In this document: in pieces, positions 26,773 through 40,500 of the stretch
Layout of the letters: every line of letters begins with the position of its first letter
Numbering within the stretch: the stretch's first letter is position 1
Assembly: GCA_051362555.1 (NCBI GenBank)
Contig: CM120649.1
Coordinates: 4,712,001 to 4,776,000 of the forward strand
DNA length: 64,000 nt
Direction: 5' to 3'
Origin: Lingula anatina
Taxonomy: Eukaryota; Animalia; Brachiopoda
Translations under genes and position numbers: made by a program
The notes under the pieces: model-generated
Database searches by the model: none
The model's input: only the letters and a program-made list of their open reading frames with translations
Told to the model about the DNA's origin: nothing

Positions 26773-29700
26773 ATCTTGATAGGCCTTCCAATAGGATGTA
26801 CATACATATAAACTAGAAAAGCACCCCGAGAGCGCAGACCTCCGCCAAGGCAGCAAAGTCTCCACCCAATGCCGTTTCACTCCTAAATTTTTATTCTATA
26901 ATGATTTAATATTTTTGATTTTTGATTATTGATTGATTATTGATCCGGATCAACACCAAAAACTAATCATCTGTTCCTGGCCCACTTCTGACAGTTCCTG
27001 AAAATTTCATCCAAATCGGTCCATAACTTATTTTTTCATCTTTGATTATTGATTGATTATTGATCCGGATCACCACCAAAAACTAATCACTTCTAAGTAA
27101 ACCCATTTCTGACCTACCCTGAAAATTTCATCGAAATTCATCCATAACTTTTGGAGTTATGTTGATGACAAACTACCAAACAAACAAACAGGGGTGAAAA
27201 CATAACCTCCTTGGCAGAAGTAATGATATAGGACTCCAATTACTGTAAAAGAGGACCTAATGTTTGTACTATTCCCAGCAAACACAAAACGTACCTGTAT
27301 TTAGAGCGTTATCACAACTTTCTGCTTAAGTTTTCTGTTTGATGGGTTAGTTCTTGGTGTATTGTTTTCAATACGTACATTATTTCTAAATAATACTAAT
27401 CCAAGACACAAAGTGCGGTACGGAACAGGACGAATCATTGCAGGACGTCACGCACCTTGGCTTGTATACAATGTTCGAAAAGATATAATATATCAATAAC
27501 CCGGTGAAGAGGAATGGCTATCGGATAGATTAATATTGGCCATTCACTGGTATGTTTATTGATCACAGTAAAAACAAAAATGAATGAAATAATAATAGTA
27601 ATAATATAAATATATATATATTACCTGAAGTTTGGGAATGACTGGATTTTTTTTCAGTTTCTGGGTAAGCTATTTCCGAAAATGCAGATGCCAAAACACA
27701 AGGTCTGTGGAAGATGAGACCGGGGGAGGTACTGTCGCTAGAGAAACATACCTTAATTGATGCACATCTAGACGGGTAAGGGACTCATACCGTTCTTTTA
27801 TTTGGAAAATGTGACTTAAAATATTGTAATCGCTGATTTGCGCCAGTTTGCTGAAACAGTAACTTTTTTGGAGGCACGTTAATCTTAAGCTGCCATTTAA
27901 TTTGGTGAAACACGTATTTTGTGATTTTTAACTTGTATTTCTTTTCCAATGTTAGATTGCAGAGAAGAAAGAAGCTCAGAAGATACATAGCGATATTCAG
28001 ACAAAATAAATTTATGCTGTCGAGTATAACAATAGCACAAATTGGTACATGTATTCTTTGAATCTCTTTCATTTTTGATTTTCACTCAAATTAATACTCA
28101 GTTTTGATAAAATGTTACACCATCTGCCGTATTTTTCAATGATTTTGTGAGATGATGTTTACGACTTTAACAGGAAATACAGGATTTTTGAAGGGTTTGA
28201 TTGTTGTGCTTTTATGCGAGTAAATGGGGAAGTGAAATCGAAAAAACAGAAAAGAATTTGATCGTTGAAAATATTGATGATTGATATGAATAATCAGTCA
28301 AAATCACCACTAAAAGTGAAAAGGGTACGGTTTAACATAACTGAGGGTCCTTGTAATAGAAAGTCTGCCCTCCATATAGTTATAATGGTTAGGGTTAGTC
28401 TGACCTAAGTGGGTCAAAATCTAGAGCGATCGAGGCTCACCTGTACAAATGAATGGAGAGCGGACTCTCTATTATGGGGACTCTCTGTCACGTTACACCG
28501 ACACAGGCTATATCATATAGATTTTGCACTTGATATGGCAAGTGAACCGTTGCAGATCGCATCTGTAAAGTGTATTACCGAATGAAAAAGTATTGTATCT
28601 GTTAAGAAACCTTTTTGCAAAGACAATCTGCCGAGCGCAGTGAACGGGTAGTATGATGTACGTAAGCAAACATTTTTCTCGATTCTTAAATCAGATTTAT
28701 TGTTCAAAGCAAGCAAGTTAAATTGCCTAATTCATTCTCCAACTGAACTTTAATTGTTTGTTATCTCACACAACTATTCAAATAGGAATAAACCACCTTT
28801 TAGAAATGTCTCGTAGATAGTGAGCCACTCAAGAGAAACATTTAAATTTTATTTGTGCGTTTGTTGCTTGTTTCAGATCATTATTATTCTAATTCTTTTA
28901 GCAGAGTTCATAAAAATTAGCCACACTTTTCCTATAATTCTATGTCTTATACTGTTTGAACAGTTTAGGAAAGCGTGATCTTCTTATCATCAACACCAGT
29001 GGGGGACAGTATAAAGGAACTGGGCCACCTTTAAACTGTATTATGTAATCGCTTCAGGGATGATTTATCTTTCTGTATCACTTTCTTTGTCATATATTGG
29101 TCCAATTTATCATCTAGTATAGAGGAAAATTGTCATCCTAGTATCAGAGCTTGGATCAAACTTGAACCTGTGCAAACGTATTTTATCTGTTTTCCCTAAT
29201 ACCAATTCAGTTAATATGCCTCCAACTTCAGTCACATCTTAATAAAGATATCTCGTAGACACAACTTAACATAGCATGATTTATAAGTATAATAAGAATC
29301 TGATGGAGGAAACGCATTGTAAATGAAAACTATTTCACACTGCAATGTAAAATGGATAACATAAAAGGGAGTGTATTCGCACAATCAAATAAACGTGGCT
29401 TAATTTCGATTCAAGAACTTAATTCCATTTGCCGAATAACCGTTTGCATGTTCATAAAATGTATCTAAGCATTAGCAAAAGTTTAGTTATTTAGTTTATA
29501 AAACATATGTAAGTCAGCGAATGCGTTGGTTAAAATGCCTCTGTGACTTAATTGTATGTAATTACAATTATCGAAAATTTAGATGACAAATGTGTCTCAA
29601 AATGAAGAGCACATTTAAAAGTGCCTCATGCTTCTAGCAACGGAAACCATCCCCTCCACCTGTGGACTGTTGTAATATACGACCCTCCACATATCTATTA

Positions 29701-30584
29701 GAAGTACTTCACTCTTATTAAATGATAAAACCCAGACGGAAAACATCGGTATTTGTCGAACATCAATCAAGCTGATAATACAGCGTTCAATAAGCCGCGG
29801 GATCGCTAAGCAATCCAGACGGCTTTCTCCGCTGTAGTGCATTAAGTCGCATAACTCCGATAGAAATTAATTGTTGGATTTTGTTTCAAATGAACCTTTT
29901 GCCAGGATAACGAGAAACCAACTGACTTAAAAAAAGCTGTTTTTATTCAAATATAAGGCATTCACTCGCTAATCGTTTAGTAGTGACTTGTGATATGGGT
30001 ATTAATACCCAATTTACTGAGGACGGCTCACCCTCAATAAGATGAGTACATTTGAACGCATAACGTCGGTATCTCTTAAACAGCAATCAATTTGATAAGG
30101 CAGATAAATCACAGGTTTTTCTATTTACTTCTTGTGTGTAAAGACTTCAAACTCGGTCAAATTGGTCACCTTGGTGCATCAAACATATTTAAAACATAGA
30201 CTTCCAAATCCCACTGACACAAGAAATCACCGAGAGATATCAACAACTACATCATACTGGTACAGTGAAAATGAGAGGACTATTTTACATTGCCTTACAT
30301 CTGGCGTCGTTTATGTTTATTTATCAAAAATGTGAGGTTTGACAATCGGATCTTTTATTAAGATTCCCGATATGAATAAATGGTTGTGATTCAATGTAAA
30401 ATTAAGTTATAACGTTTTAGGGTACAGTGTTGTTAATCATTTTCAAAGCCAAATTTATGAGGGATTATTTTTCCCGTTCCCTCGAGTCATTTATTGTTTG
30501 TACAATTATTTATACAACTTGCACATACAGATGAGATTCAAAGTTAAAATTTAGTGAAATTAAAACAAATTATTTTCATTTCAG

Positions 30585-31660
30585 ATGGAAGCGGAGCGAA
30601 GGGTAGCGCTAACACAACTGACGGTAACAAATTCCTTCAATACGTTATGCCTATCCCCAAATTATATCTAAGATTCAGTTCTGTGATATTCTTAATAAGA
30701 AAAACCCAATTGCAATGGCACAATTCTATGAGTACATTGTAGTGAACAATGAATAAATAAAATTATTCTTATCGTGTCTGACTTTCACAGTATTAGAATA
30801 AATTTATCACCAAGTATAAGAACAATGGAATGTGGTAAGTTCTGGGGAAAATATATTATATTCCGGTGTGACATGAATGGCAATCCTAGAGTTGGAAGTC
30901 CAGGGTCCCATAAGATAAGGCACAGGTTAGGGTTTGTCAGAGGATTGGGGTCAGTATATGGGACGAATATCCCTGTACAAAGTAAAGGGGGTGGTCTACG
31001 AGTCCTAGAGGATTATTGAAAAAATGTAAAACACACATTAGTTAGTGCTGTGTAATGTTTTTCAGCTTGTAAAAACAAGGACATAGCATTCCTGTTAGAT
31101 GTTACTGGCTCCCCAGATGATGCACCAAAGATTCAACGCTTCTTGGCGTATTTGGTCAACGATTCATTCGTAATTGGACCTAGTGACGTCAATATCGCTA
31201 TTATATCTTTCATACCGGAAATAGATGGTCATGTGACACTGGACAAAGGGGACTTATATCCCGACGTATCGGCAGCAATCCTCACTGTGAACGTACACAA
31301 TGGGACATCTTTCGAAAGCCAAACGTATAACGCGTTGGACTTGGCCAAGACCGTTTTTCTTAGTCCTCAGCATGTTCAAGGAGGAAGGTTAAATGCAAGT
31401 AAAATCGCCGTCGTCCTAACTACGGGGCTGGATGACACATTCTGCACTACTGTACAAAAGGCGCTGGCGGCGAAGCAACAGGGCATTGAAGTGTATGCGA
31501 TAGGGGTCGGCAACAAGACAAGCCAACTTCTAGAACTAAAAGCGATTGTTAGCCCTCCTGCGCATACCCATGCTTTCCATGTAGAAGCGTTTGATGAGCT
31601 GCGCGAGCTGGCAGAGGTCTTCTTTAAAGCACTTTGTTCAGGTAGGTCTATTTACTAAAG

Positions 31661-31693
<33 letters not shown>

Positions 31694-32772
31694 TTTTATG
31701 TTTGGCATAAGCTCATTAGTACAATGTTGTAACCTAATGATTACCAATTCTAAATTATTGACTGTGTTTATGCATGTATCACCAGGACTGACTGCACCCT
31801 ACACATGTTCAACTTTAAGTTCTTTTTGCGTATTTGGACCAACTTAATTACATATTCAGCCATTTTAGGAAAAACCCATGCTTCATATAGAAATTGGTTT
31901 TAATCAAGCAATTCCACCTGCAGTGTCCCAGACCATTGTTTAGTTTACAAGGCTTCTTTAGGAGCGAAATGCTTCCAGTAAACTATTTTCGGTTATAAAA
32001 ATTGAGATTTTAGTTTTTTAAACGTTCGCTTTTAAGTCCTATATTTATTATTATACCTCCATCTATCATTTCCCATGTATAGCTCACCTTGTTATCTGTG
32101 ATTACCGTTGTGCCTATATATTTTTACTTTTTCAATTCCATTTTAAATCACAATTCATAGTGTATTTCAATACTTTAAAAGATGAGGTTTTATTTCACTA
32201 TTTAAATACCATATAGGTCCCAACATTTCACCATGCGCATGCTGATCTTTCCAGTTACAAACAACATGACGTCACCAGAAGACGACACTTGGCAAAGGCA
32301 TTACAACATAACTTGCCTGAATGTAACCAGCTTTCAGCAGACGACGACCTCATCACCGCAATCTGGTGCGATTGGTGAGAACGACACAGTCTCACCTACC
32401 GCATCCTATCCTTCCGCTACCGGGACTTCACTAGGCACTGCAAAGTATATAGATAATTTCACCTTATCACCGATATCTGTTGTGACTGGTGAGAGCGAAA
32501 CAGTCTCACCTACCGCATCCTATCCTTCCGATACTGGGACTCTACTGGGCACTGCCAAGAATGCAGATAATATTAAATCGGAATCTGGTATTGATTCTAA
32601 TAAACCAAGCCAACAAATGGATGTCATAATAGGGGTTACCGTCCCAGTGATTGCATTATTGTGCCTTGCTGCCATAATTGGCTTGTTGTGGTGTATGAAG
32701 AAAAAATCGAGACGCGTGCGAGCAGAGGATGGTCAAGCTGCGAAGTCAGCAGAAAAAGAAAATGGGTCGTAG
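30585..32772 (+). CDS. VWA-domain type I membrane protein, copy C. Exons 30585-30623, 31066-31641, 32255-32772 (2 stalk repeats)
   Basis: Same exon structure; more diverged stalk, TM and introns; lacks the intronic elements of copies A and B. Confidence 0.85.
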
Positions 32773-34011
32773 AACAGGCGTAACATTTTGATTATTCTAC
32801 ATTTTGATTTTGCTCTTCCTTCTTCGCACTGATTATCATATTGGTTCAAGTTTTCAATTTTTACTAACAATTTCGACATGTGAGTATCATTTGATATTAT
32901 AAGTGGTACTGTGTACAGTGTGCATTTGACATGCGACACTGGCTGTATTGTCATCTACATATACTATGTGTCCAACCTAGCCAATGTCCTTTAAATGTTA
33001 CGCTTGTTGCTTTATATTTCATGTCAAGTTAAATGTTTGGTTATGTCTCATTTATTGGCCATTACTGTCCTCTTGTCTATCTAACCCTAACCCGAACAAA
33101 CAGCGACCTGTATAACATAGTTCATGTTCTTTGTCTGTATTGTACACGTAATAAGCGAGATAGAGACTTTTGTTCAGCTGAAACAAACTGCTTTATGTGA
33201 CACCCATACAGCGGAGAAACTGTTACTTAACAATATGTACATCTTCAATCGAATAACGTAACAGTTATATACAGGTACATGCATTTGATTTTATTGGGGT
33301 TATTAACTTGCGTGGTTATTAATTATTTCACGTAATATTTGCCCCAAGATGTTCAACCAAGATCAATTAGTCATATGTAAAATATTGTATGAGAGAAGGC
33401 AGGATAATATAGGCAGTCTATTGATCGATTTGCTGACTCATGGGCGCCTTAGGAAACTGTACTTTCGATGGATTTTCCGTCAGTTCGAAACCGATAATAA
33501 ATCACCATAAGTAAACCTATTGTTGTATACGCTGACTGTTCAAAAATCCCTTTTACCTACGTCCATAAAAGCATAAAAGTAAATTGTTTTTCGACATTAA
33601 ATCGTAACCGTTTAGAGAATACGTAAGCTGTCATATACCAGACGTAACTCACGCTTTGCATTGATATCAAGTAGATGGAATATTTGGCCCATTCTCTTTC
33701 ACATCAGCGACGCAGTAAAGATAAGGTGTAACGGCTGTGCCCACAGGTATTCGGTCTGCCACCATCCCAGGGTCTACGCCTTATATCGGGAGAACAACAG
33801 AGATATTCCCAGGTACAGTGGGGGTTTAATTCTCACCCATCAAAGGTCTCCGCTGCCACTAACCGCGGGCGTGTTAAGGTAAAGATACTAAGGAAGGGAA
33901 ATTACCATTGTTTACTCTATCGACGGTTAAGGTCGCACTGCAATCTGTATACTAGCCGTGTATGGTCTCACCTACAAGATATAACCATCACAGACGTCAC
34001 GATCCAGAAGC

Positions 34012-34475
34012 ATGGCAGGCGTAGAGGACGATCAAACGACACCCGCAACACAAGAAAAGGGTTCCATTGAGGAAAAACCATGTGCCAGCAAACAACCCAA
34101 AGAACAATGCCAGAAACATATGCACACAGCCAGTCGGTGTGATCGATGTTCATGCAGTGGCAATAACTGTGGCCACCTTGCAGTGATATACATATGGCTG
34201 AGTGCTTTGACTGTGGCTTGTCTTAGTAACTGGCTTTATTACGGAATCGTCGTGGGGATTCAGAGCAAACATGTACTGGAGAGACGGGTACAGAGACTGG
34301 AAAAGGCCGCAGAATATAGATCTCCGGAGGTGTGTATAATTAATTATATTATATTTTAATTGGCGCTATATGGCCTTCAATGTTCATTGTTGATCGTTGA
34401 TTCGTAATCAATGAATTCAGTATAGCTCTCCGTATTCTCAGCGTTTTTCGCATGCATGCAGGTCATGTTGTCTTC

Positions 34476-34518
<43 letters not shown>

Positions 34519-36655
34519 CGCTGTGACTGAATCAGCACGTCCTAGCTTTCTTATAAGGTTCCAGTGTAGCTTCTGAGCTAGCAAGCGTATCTGCATTGCC
34601 CCAAGGCATGTTTCGCTTCCCATGCAATGATTACCGTGATACCGATACTCACCTTAAACAGCATGGAAAAAATCAATAAGGTTTGCATAATCTTGCTGTC
34701 GTATTTCCCACAAAACCCGTGTTTTCAATTAGATCATCTTCCACAAGGGGAAGTTTAACATGGGCACATGACGCCATGCAACATTTCTTTAATATGACGA
34801 CAATTTGCTTCAGGTTAGCACTGACACCACAACAGCTCACTGGACAGAGACAAAATATACATCCGGAGAAGAAGACCGCATTGAGGTAATATTCGGTCTA
34901 GAATAATAATATAGAAGCGAACTTAAATAAAACGAGGGGGGGCGAACGGACCGCCCTTTTAGGGATGGGGTGGGGTAATTTCCACCCTGTGTAAAATTTG
35001 ATTCAGATACGTAGAATTCAAGGTGAAGGGTCCACTTTTCCCAGGAAAAGTACAACCGTTTGAAATTGCTGGCTACGGGCCTGGTTCACCTCATATATAT
35101 TTAAAGTTTTATTTCAGGCGTTGACTGTTAATCTCACAAACTTACGGAAGGACGTGGAGAAATTGAGAAATCAATTAGAAAATATAACGGCATATTTATG
35201 GTGGTTGGAGAACGGACAAACCGTATGTATTGCAATTACCAAAAATTATTATGTTGACATTTGATTTGTCATATTGTATTCCCCTTCTAACAATCTAAAT
35301 GTATAAAGTTCTGCATAAAAATCTCTATACTGATGCAGTATAAAATATCATATGGAACCCAATCAATTGTTAATATCCAATAAGCATGCTCTTTTGTTGA
35401 TAAGAAAAAATCTATATAGAACACCAAAACACATTTAATGAACAGAGCATTATTAGAAGGTGTCTCTGTTTACAGCTGATGGAGCATAATGTTTCGATTC
35501 TGAAACACGATGTGAGTGGTCACTTTGATCGCTTGGACACATTAGAACTGACCAGCGAGAACCTGCAGACGACACAACAGGTATGTGACCAATGTGCATA
35601 AAGGTCACGTGGTGATTACGCACTGACCACACGTTTCGGGGAGAGGGGTGGACATTCAGGCGTTTTTTTTTTTTTAGGAATATGTGGAAAACGTCAGATC
35701 AGTACTGTGTGGTCCAGTTGGTTCTTGTTTAGTCGAATAACTTTTAGATTAATTACAGAATTCTATAGTTTATCATTTATTTCGAAATAAATCTGAAGTG
35801 AAGGCAACATAGCATCCGTTTGCAACTTACTTAACATGACAATTTTATGCTGACCCTTTTTTTTCAAAACCCTTTGGATGAGTACATTATCATTATTTTA
35901 CTAATTCTAGAGAAAAAATAGTCCTGTATTTAAGGTCGATCGCACAGGGGTGACAGTTTGTACAAAATGTTTTAAAATGCATCGGCCTTTGATGTAAATC
36001 ACATGGATATTACTTTGTTTTAGATAACTCGATTTTGCATAATGTCGAGAATGGAAACCGCTTTTGAAGGAGACAAAGAGTTAAATCTCCTAGCATTTCG
36101 AATATCCAAGCAACAGACTAATAGTGCTGAAAGGGTGACAAATTGCTCTAAACCAAGCACACGCATTTCTCGGGCGGATACTACTATGCACCGCGTCCGT
36201 TATAAATCAATATACAACAGAGCGTGCTATATGATATCTGTTCTATTGCATTATTTCTATCAGACAGTTACTTTACGTAAGCCATGAGCGCTAATAGATA
36301 TCGTAACGCACTAATATTTGAGGGAAAGGGGGGGTGTCGGAAGGTTCCCATTTTGCCAGAAAAAAATCCACTCTGGTTTAAAATGGATCTAGGTACACGT
36401 AGTAATAGGTCCACTTTTTCAGAAAAAGTCCCATTCCCTTTGAAATTGCTGGCTACGGGACTGGCTATAATATTACACTAGCTACTCCACACACTGTAAT
36501 GAGAACACTTGTTGAACTCCGTTATGGATGTGTTTCAGACTGTGTTACAACACCTGATGCACAACGTGGGGGAGCTGGGCGTGTCCGATCAAATAACCTA
36601 CGACATGATCAGCCATCTTGATGCCAAAGTCCACAATATTACCGGAGTACAAGAG
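34012..36655 (+). CDS. Type II membrane coiled-coil protein, 5' part. Exons 34012-34329, 34814-34885, 35118-35222, 35476-35580, 36024-36134, 36539-36655
   Basis: All junctions are phase-0 GT-AG and open. Cys-rich N-terminal segment, hydrophobic LAVIYIWLSALTVACLSNWLYYGIVVGI, then heptad-rich exons (ALTVNLTNLRKDVEKLRNQLENITAY; LMEHNVSILKHDVSGHFDRLDTLEL) with N-glycosylation sequons. Confidence 0.75.
34478..34514. repeat. (CT)n microsatellite; also (CA)n/(GA)n at 37065-37131
   Basis: Direct inspection. Confidence 0.9.
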
Positions 36656-37096
36656 GTAAGTGTTCAGGTCGTACACGTGCTCTGTCATTGGATTCAAACA
36701 GGAAGTCTGCGAGAACTTGTTCTTATATATTTCTTGTACTCATGCACACTAACATTTAATCCACTGATACCGGGAAAGAAAAGGCAGGCGGATTTCCCAA
36801 CAGACAAAAATTTACCAAATTGTATCGTCCACAGCGTGCACAATGCATACTTTTTTAATTCCTGCATTATTATAGACTGCATTATTATAGACTTGTCTCG
36901 ATCCTGTCTTTCATGATGAGAACAACTTTTGCAACCATGTGCATTATATATAATGGACACCATACCCTACACTCCGGACTTACATTGAATTTGTCTTTGG
37001 ACTGTTATCTTACATTCCAGTATTCCCATACAACGCGTTGGCGATGAAACACTTGTCATACTCGCACACACGCACACACACATACTCAGAGAGAGT

Positions 37097-37131
<35 letters not shown>

Positions 37132-37541
37132 TGCGTAATTGTTCAACGAGTACCCTATCACAAAGTAAGAAAAACATTCATTATATAAAAAGCTATCTAA
37201 CTTTTTGACGAAAAGTTATCGATATAATGAAACAATATTTTTCTTTAAAAGATCCCATATAAGATGGCACTATTTACGAATTGATAATGCCACTTAGAAT
37301 ATCCAATAATGTTTGCAAGTGCCCAAATGCAATCCAAAATAAAATATCAAAGAAAGGAAAAACGTATATAAGAGACTTTCAAACAAACACTCAGACAACA
37401 ACCGCAATGTAAATTTCAGTGCATTCGGTTTATTTTCCAATTTAGCAGAACTTCACAGAAAATAAGTCCAAAATTCCAAAACGATATTTTTTCTCATTGA
37501 CAATCGGCATCCCTGACAGCTGACATCACTGACAGCTGACA

Positions 37542-40500
37542 TCACTGACAATTATAGCTGCACTTATTGGCGTGCGAGGTGCCCTCTATGACCCAGCAGG
37601 TTCTCCTGTTGTCTCCATAGTGACCGATGTGGATATGCTCTCCGCCGGTACAGGTGTCACGTCCGTGCCAGATCACCTGGTAGTCCCTGGCCAGAATGCC
37701 GCTTGATCTAAGCCGATTAAAGATCGCCCGGCCAGACCCCTCACCTTCGATCCAGAAGTCGGCAGCGCGACTAAAATAATGCTGTTACACGAGAAAGAAA
37801 AAATAATAATAATGCATGGTTATAACGACATATGATTGCGTTGAGTATAAAGTTCGTTTCAAATGCTGAAATCATTTTACAGTTTTTAAAATTGTAAGTT
37901 CACATAGCGACAATACATTTCAAACTTCATTAAAAGCATGTTTTAAATTTATAGAATGGAAGTGCAATCTAGTATAGGTCTTTCCGTGTAGAAAATGAGT
38001 TTGCAGTGATCAATTGTGTAACATTTATTCCGTCCAAAAATGTGTAAAATGTCTGCCATTCTCAGTGGAAATTCAAATTCTTACTTAAAACCAAGAAACC
38101 ATAACATTACATTGTAATATTCAATATCATCTGAGTTTTAACATGATACCAATACGAAGTGATAACGTTCTAGCTCACATGAGACCTGCTATTGGACTGG
38201 TGGGGCCGATCGCCGCTGAATAAATACACTCGTTTTCCGTACAAGTTGGCAATGGCCTGAAGCTTCCTTCTGACATCAGCGTCGGACACCGCGTATCCTT
38301 GGTAGTCAACCTTCCCTTTTCCTATTCCTGTCAATCAACACAAAAATCTTTATTTGTAATAATTATTAAGGTAGTCAAACGAGTTTATTCAAGAAAGTTG
38401 GCCTGATATGGCACTTGCCACAGACTTTCTGAAAAGCGGATCAATAATTGATTTAAAATAGCTTAGATGCCCATTTATCCCACGTCTTACATATTACACA
38501 TCTGTTTTTCAAAGTAGAATCTATCATGGTGAAGCTGAAACTAAAATTTAGTTATTGCAGTCAAACTGTTTAAATTTTGTGGTATCAATATGACATGCAG
38601 AAGTTCTACAACTGCAATTGATGGCCGCAACATCACAGTTACAGTCACATTTTTATCATATTTTCGACAGAAAGTTTTACTTGTGATTGGACAGTTCAAA
38701 CTACCTGACCCATAAATAGAAAGGCACGATTCCGTTCAAGTACTTTTCCAATTTTACCTTAGATACGGCGTGTGTAGCCTCTCAAATATTTAAAACAAAC
38801 TTAACAACCGTTCCTTCCGTGTATTACGACCAAAACATAGACGGGCGAGGAGATTCTTGCTATTTACCTGAAGATGAGGAAGACGAAGATGAAGACGTGC
38901 AGCATCGCCTGGAAGTCGGTCCGGCACACAACCCGGTTTTGAAATAACCACTGCACGAGTTGAAGGCGAACTTACAAGTGCCCCCCTGACTGGTGCAGCG
39001 CCTGTCGCCTAGGACGTCCAAAATGATTGAAAATAAAATCAAAATAATTTTTTAAAATCCGAATTCAATAATTATACGAAGGAGACGAAGGTAAATAAAT
39101 AAAGATCAACGACAGAAGGATAAAATGAAGGTACAATTGGTATATTGCAGTTTAAGACGTGTATAAATAAATATACAGAGGATATAATAGAATAAGTCAA
39201 AAAATAAAATAACGATAATTTTCTTCATTCCAAAATATTAGGAAAAGAATTAAGTATTTTTTTATACGCCATACCGTATCCGGGTACGCAGCACTTCCTG
39301 TTGTACGCCCCTGCACACTTTCCACGAACGTACCAACCGCTGCAGTACAACGCGTCAACCTGGCAGGTGGCGCCAGCCCTGTACCCATGACACGCGCTGT
39401 CTGTGTGGAAAAAAAATACACAGGTTAGACTGACTTTGAAAGGCAGTGAAGTCAAATTCTCACATTATATTTTACCAAAAACATCAAGCGATTTTTCTCC
39501 ATTTGGCCGATTGTCAATGTTTTCCTTTTTTATAAACTTTGCTTATTGAATGACAATGATAAGCACTGAGGTCAATTTGCACAATATTTATCGGCCAAAA
39601 TATCAAACGATTTCTCTGCATTTGACGGATAGTCAATCCACCATTTTATAAACTTTGCTTCTAACTCAGGGTAACTTAGGGTTCAAGACTTTAAAATACC
39701 ATGATAAACAAAAGACAATGTCCAACGATTGAAAACAATGATTAACCCACGAACGATTTGATGTCTTTGCAGTAATCTGAGATCTTAAATACAATTCGTC
39801 TCTGGGAAAGTCTGCCGAAGATAACTGATACAACATTGAGTAGACAATAGATATAAGAATTCGAGTAGATAATATTTTACAGAGGAAATAAGAAATTTAA
39901 TCATGTTTTAAACAGATAAGCGCCATGCCTTGGGAGTCTGGTTCCACAGCATTCTGTACGTGTGGTCAGTTTTCTTTAGCGTGCGGTACAACTAATATTG
40001 GGTCTTATATTTGTGGAGAAGCATCATAGATTCGATCAGATAAAAGCATATGCTGACTTCAGGGAAAGAATATTTGATCTGTATAAGAAATATTCGTTGA
40101 AAGAGCCTTTGGTTTCTAACATAAGTTGAAAGGATGAAACAGCTTTTAAGTCTAAATATAATTCAAAGTAACAATAAGGGTTATTATTAACATTGGATTT
40201 ACAGGTAACTTCTGCAAGACAATTTAAGTATGTGTTTAAAAATACAGACTTGACATTTAATATGGAATATTTCAGTTTTAAAGGTATACCTAGGTCAAAA
40301 TGCGTTCTTTTTTTTAAAAAAATCAGATTTCATATAAGACATCTGTCTGGAGAAGTGTGAAGTCAGGTGTGTCGCTGCCAATTAACTGACTACCAAGTCT
40401 GTTGCACTGCTGCCTTGTGTAATATGCAGTGATTTAATTGGGCAGTGCTCCTTTGGGCTAGTCAAAGCTTGGCTTTGGCGAAGGATGGTTCTGTCAATAA

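Larger units (their letters stand above)
1..33860 (+). repeat. Tandem segmental duplication, ~15.1 kb period: copy A (before 1 to ~14369), copy B (~14370-29502), partial copy C (~29503-33860)
   Basis: Position 1 'acatatgagagtcagc' recurs at ~14370 and ~29503. ORF pairs are offset by ~15.17 kb (10492/25661, 8148/23320). The VWA gene occurs three times. Copy C homology stops at ~32800 and resumes briefly at ~33655 (matching ~5256 onward). Confidence 0.95.

Noticed and set aside
37542-38327. Bacterial contamination or a Hedgehog gene as the source of the M15-like motifs
   Set aside because: A spliceosomal intron splits the catalytic domain next to the first zinc His, and the flanks are animal. 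There is no Hint domain or CGPGR N-terminus, and the SGxR...AAD pattern is closer to M15A.
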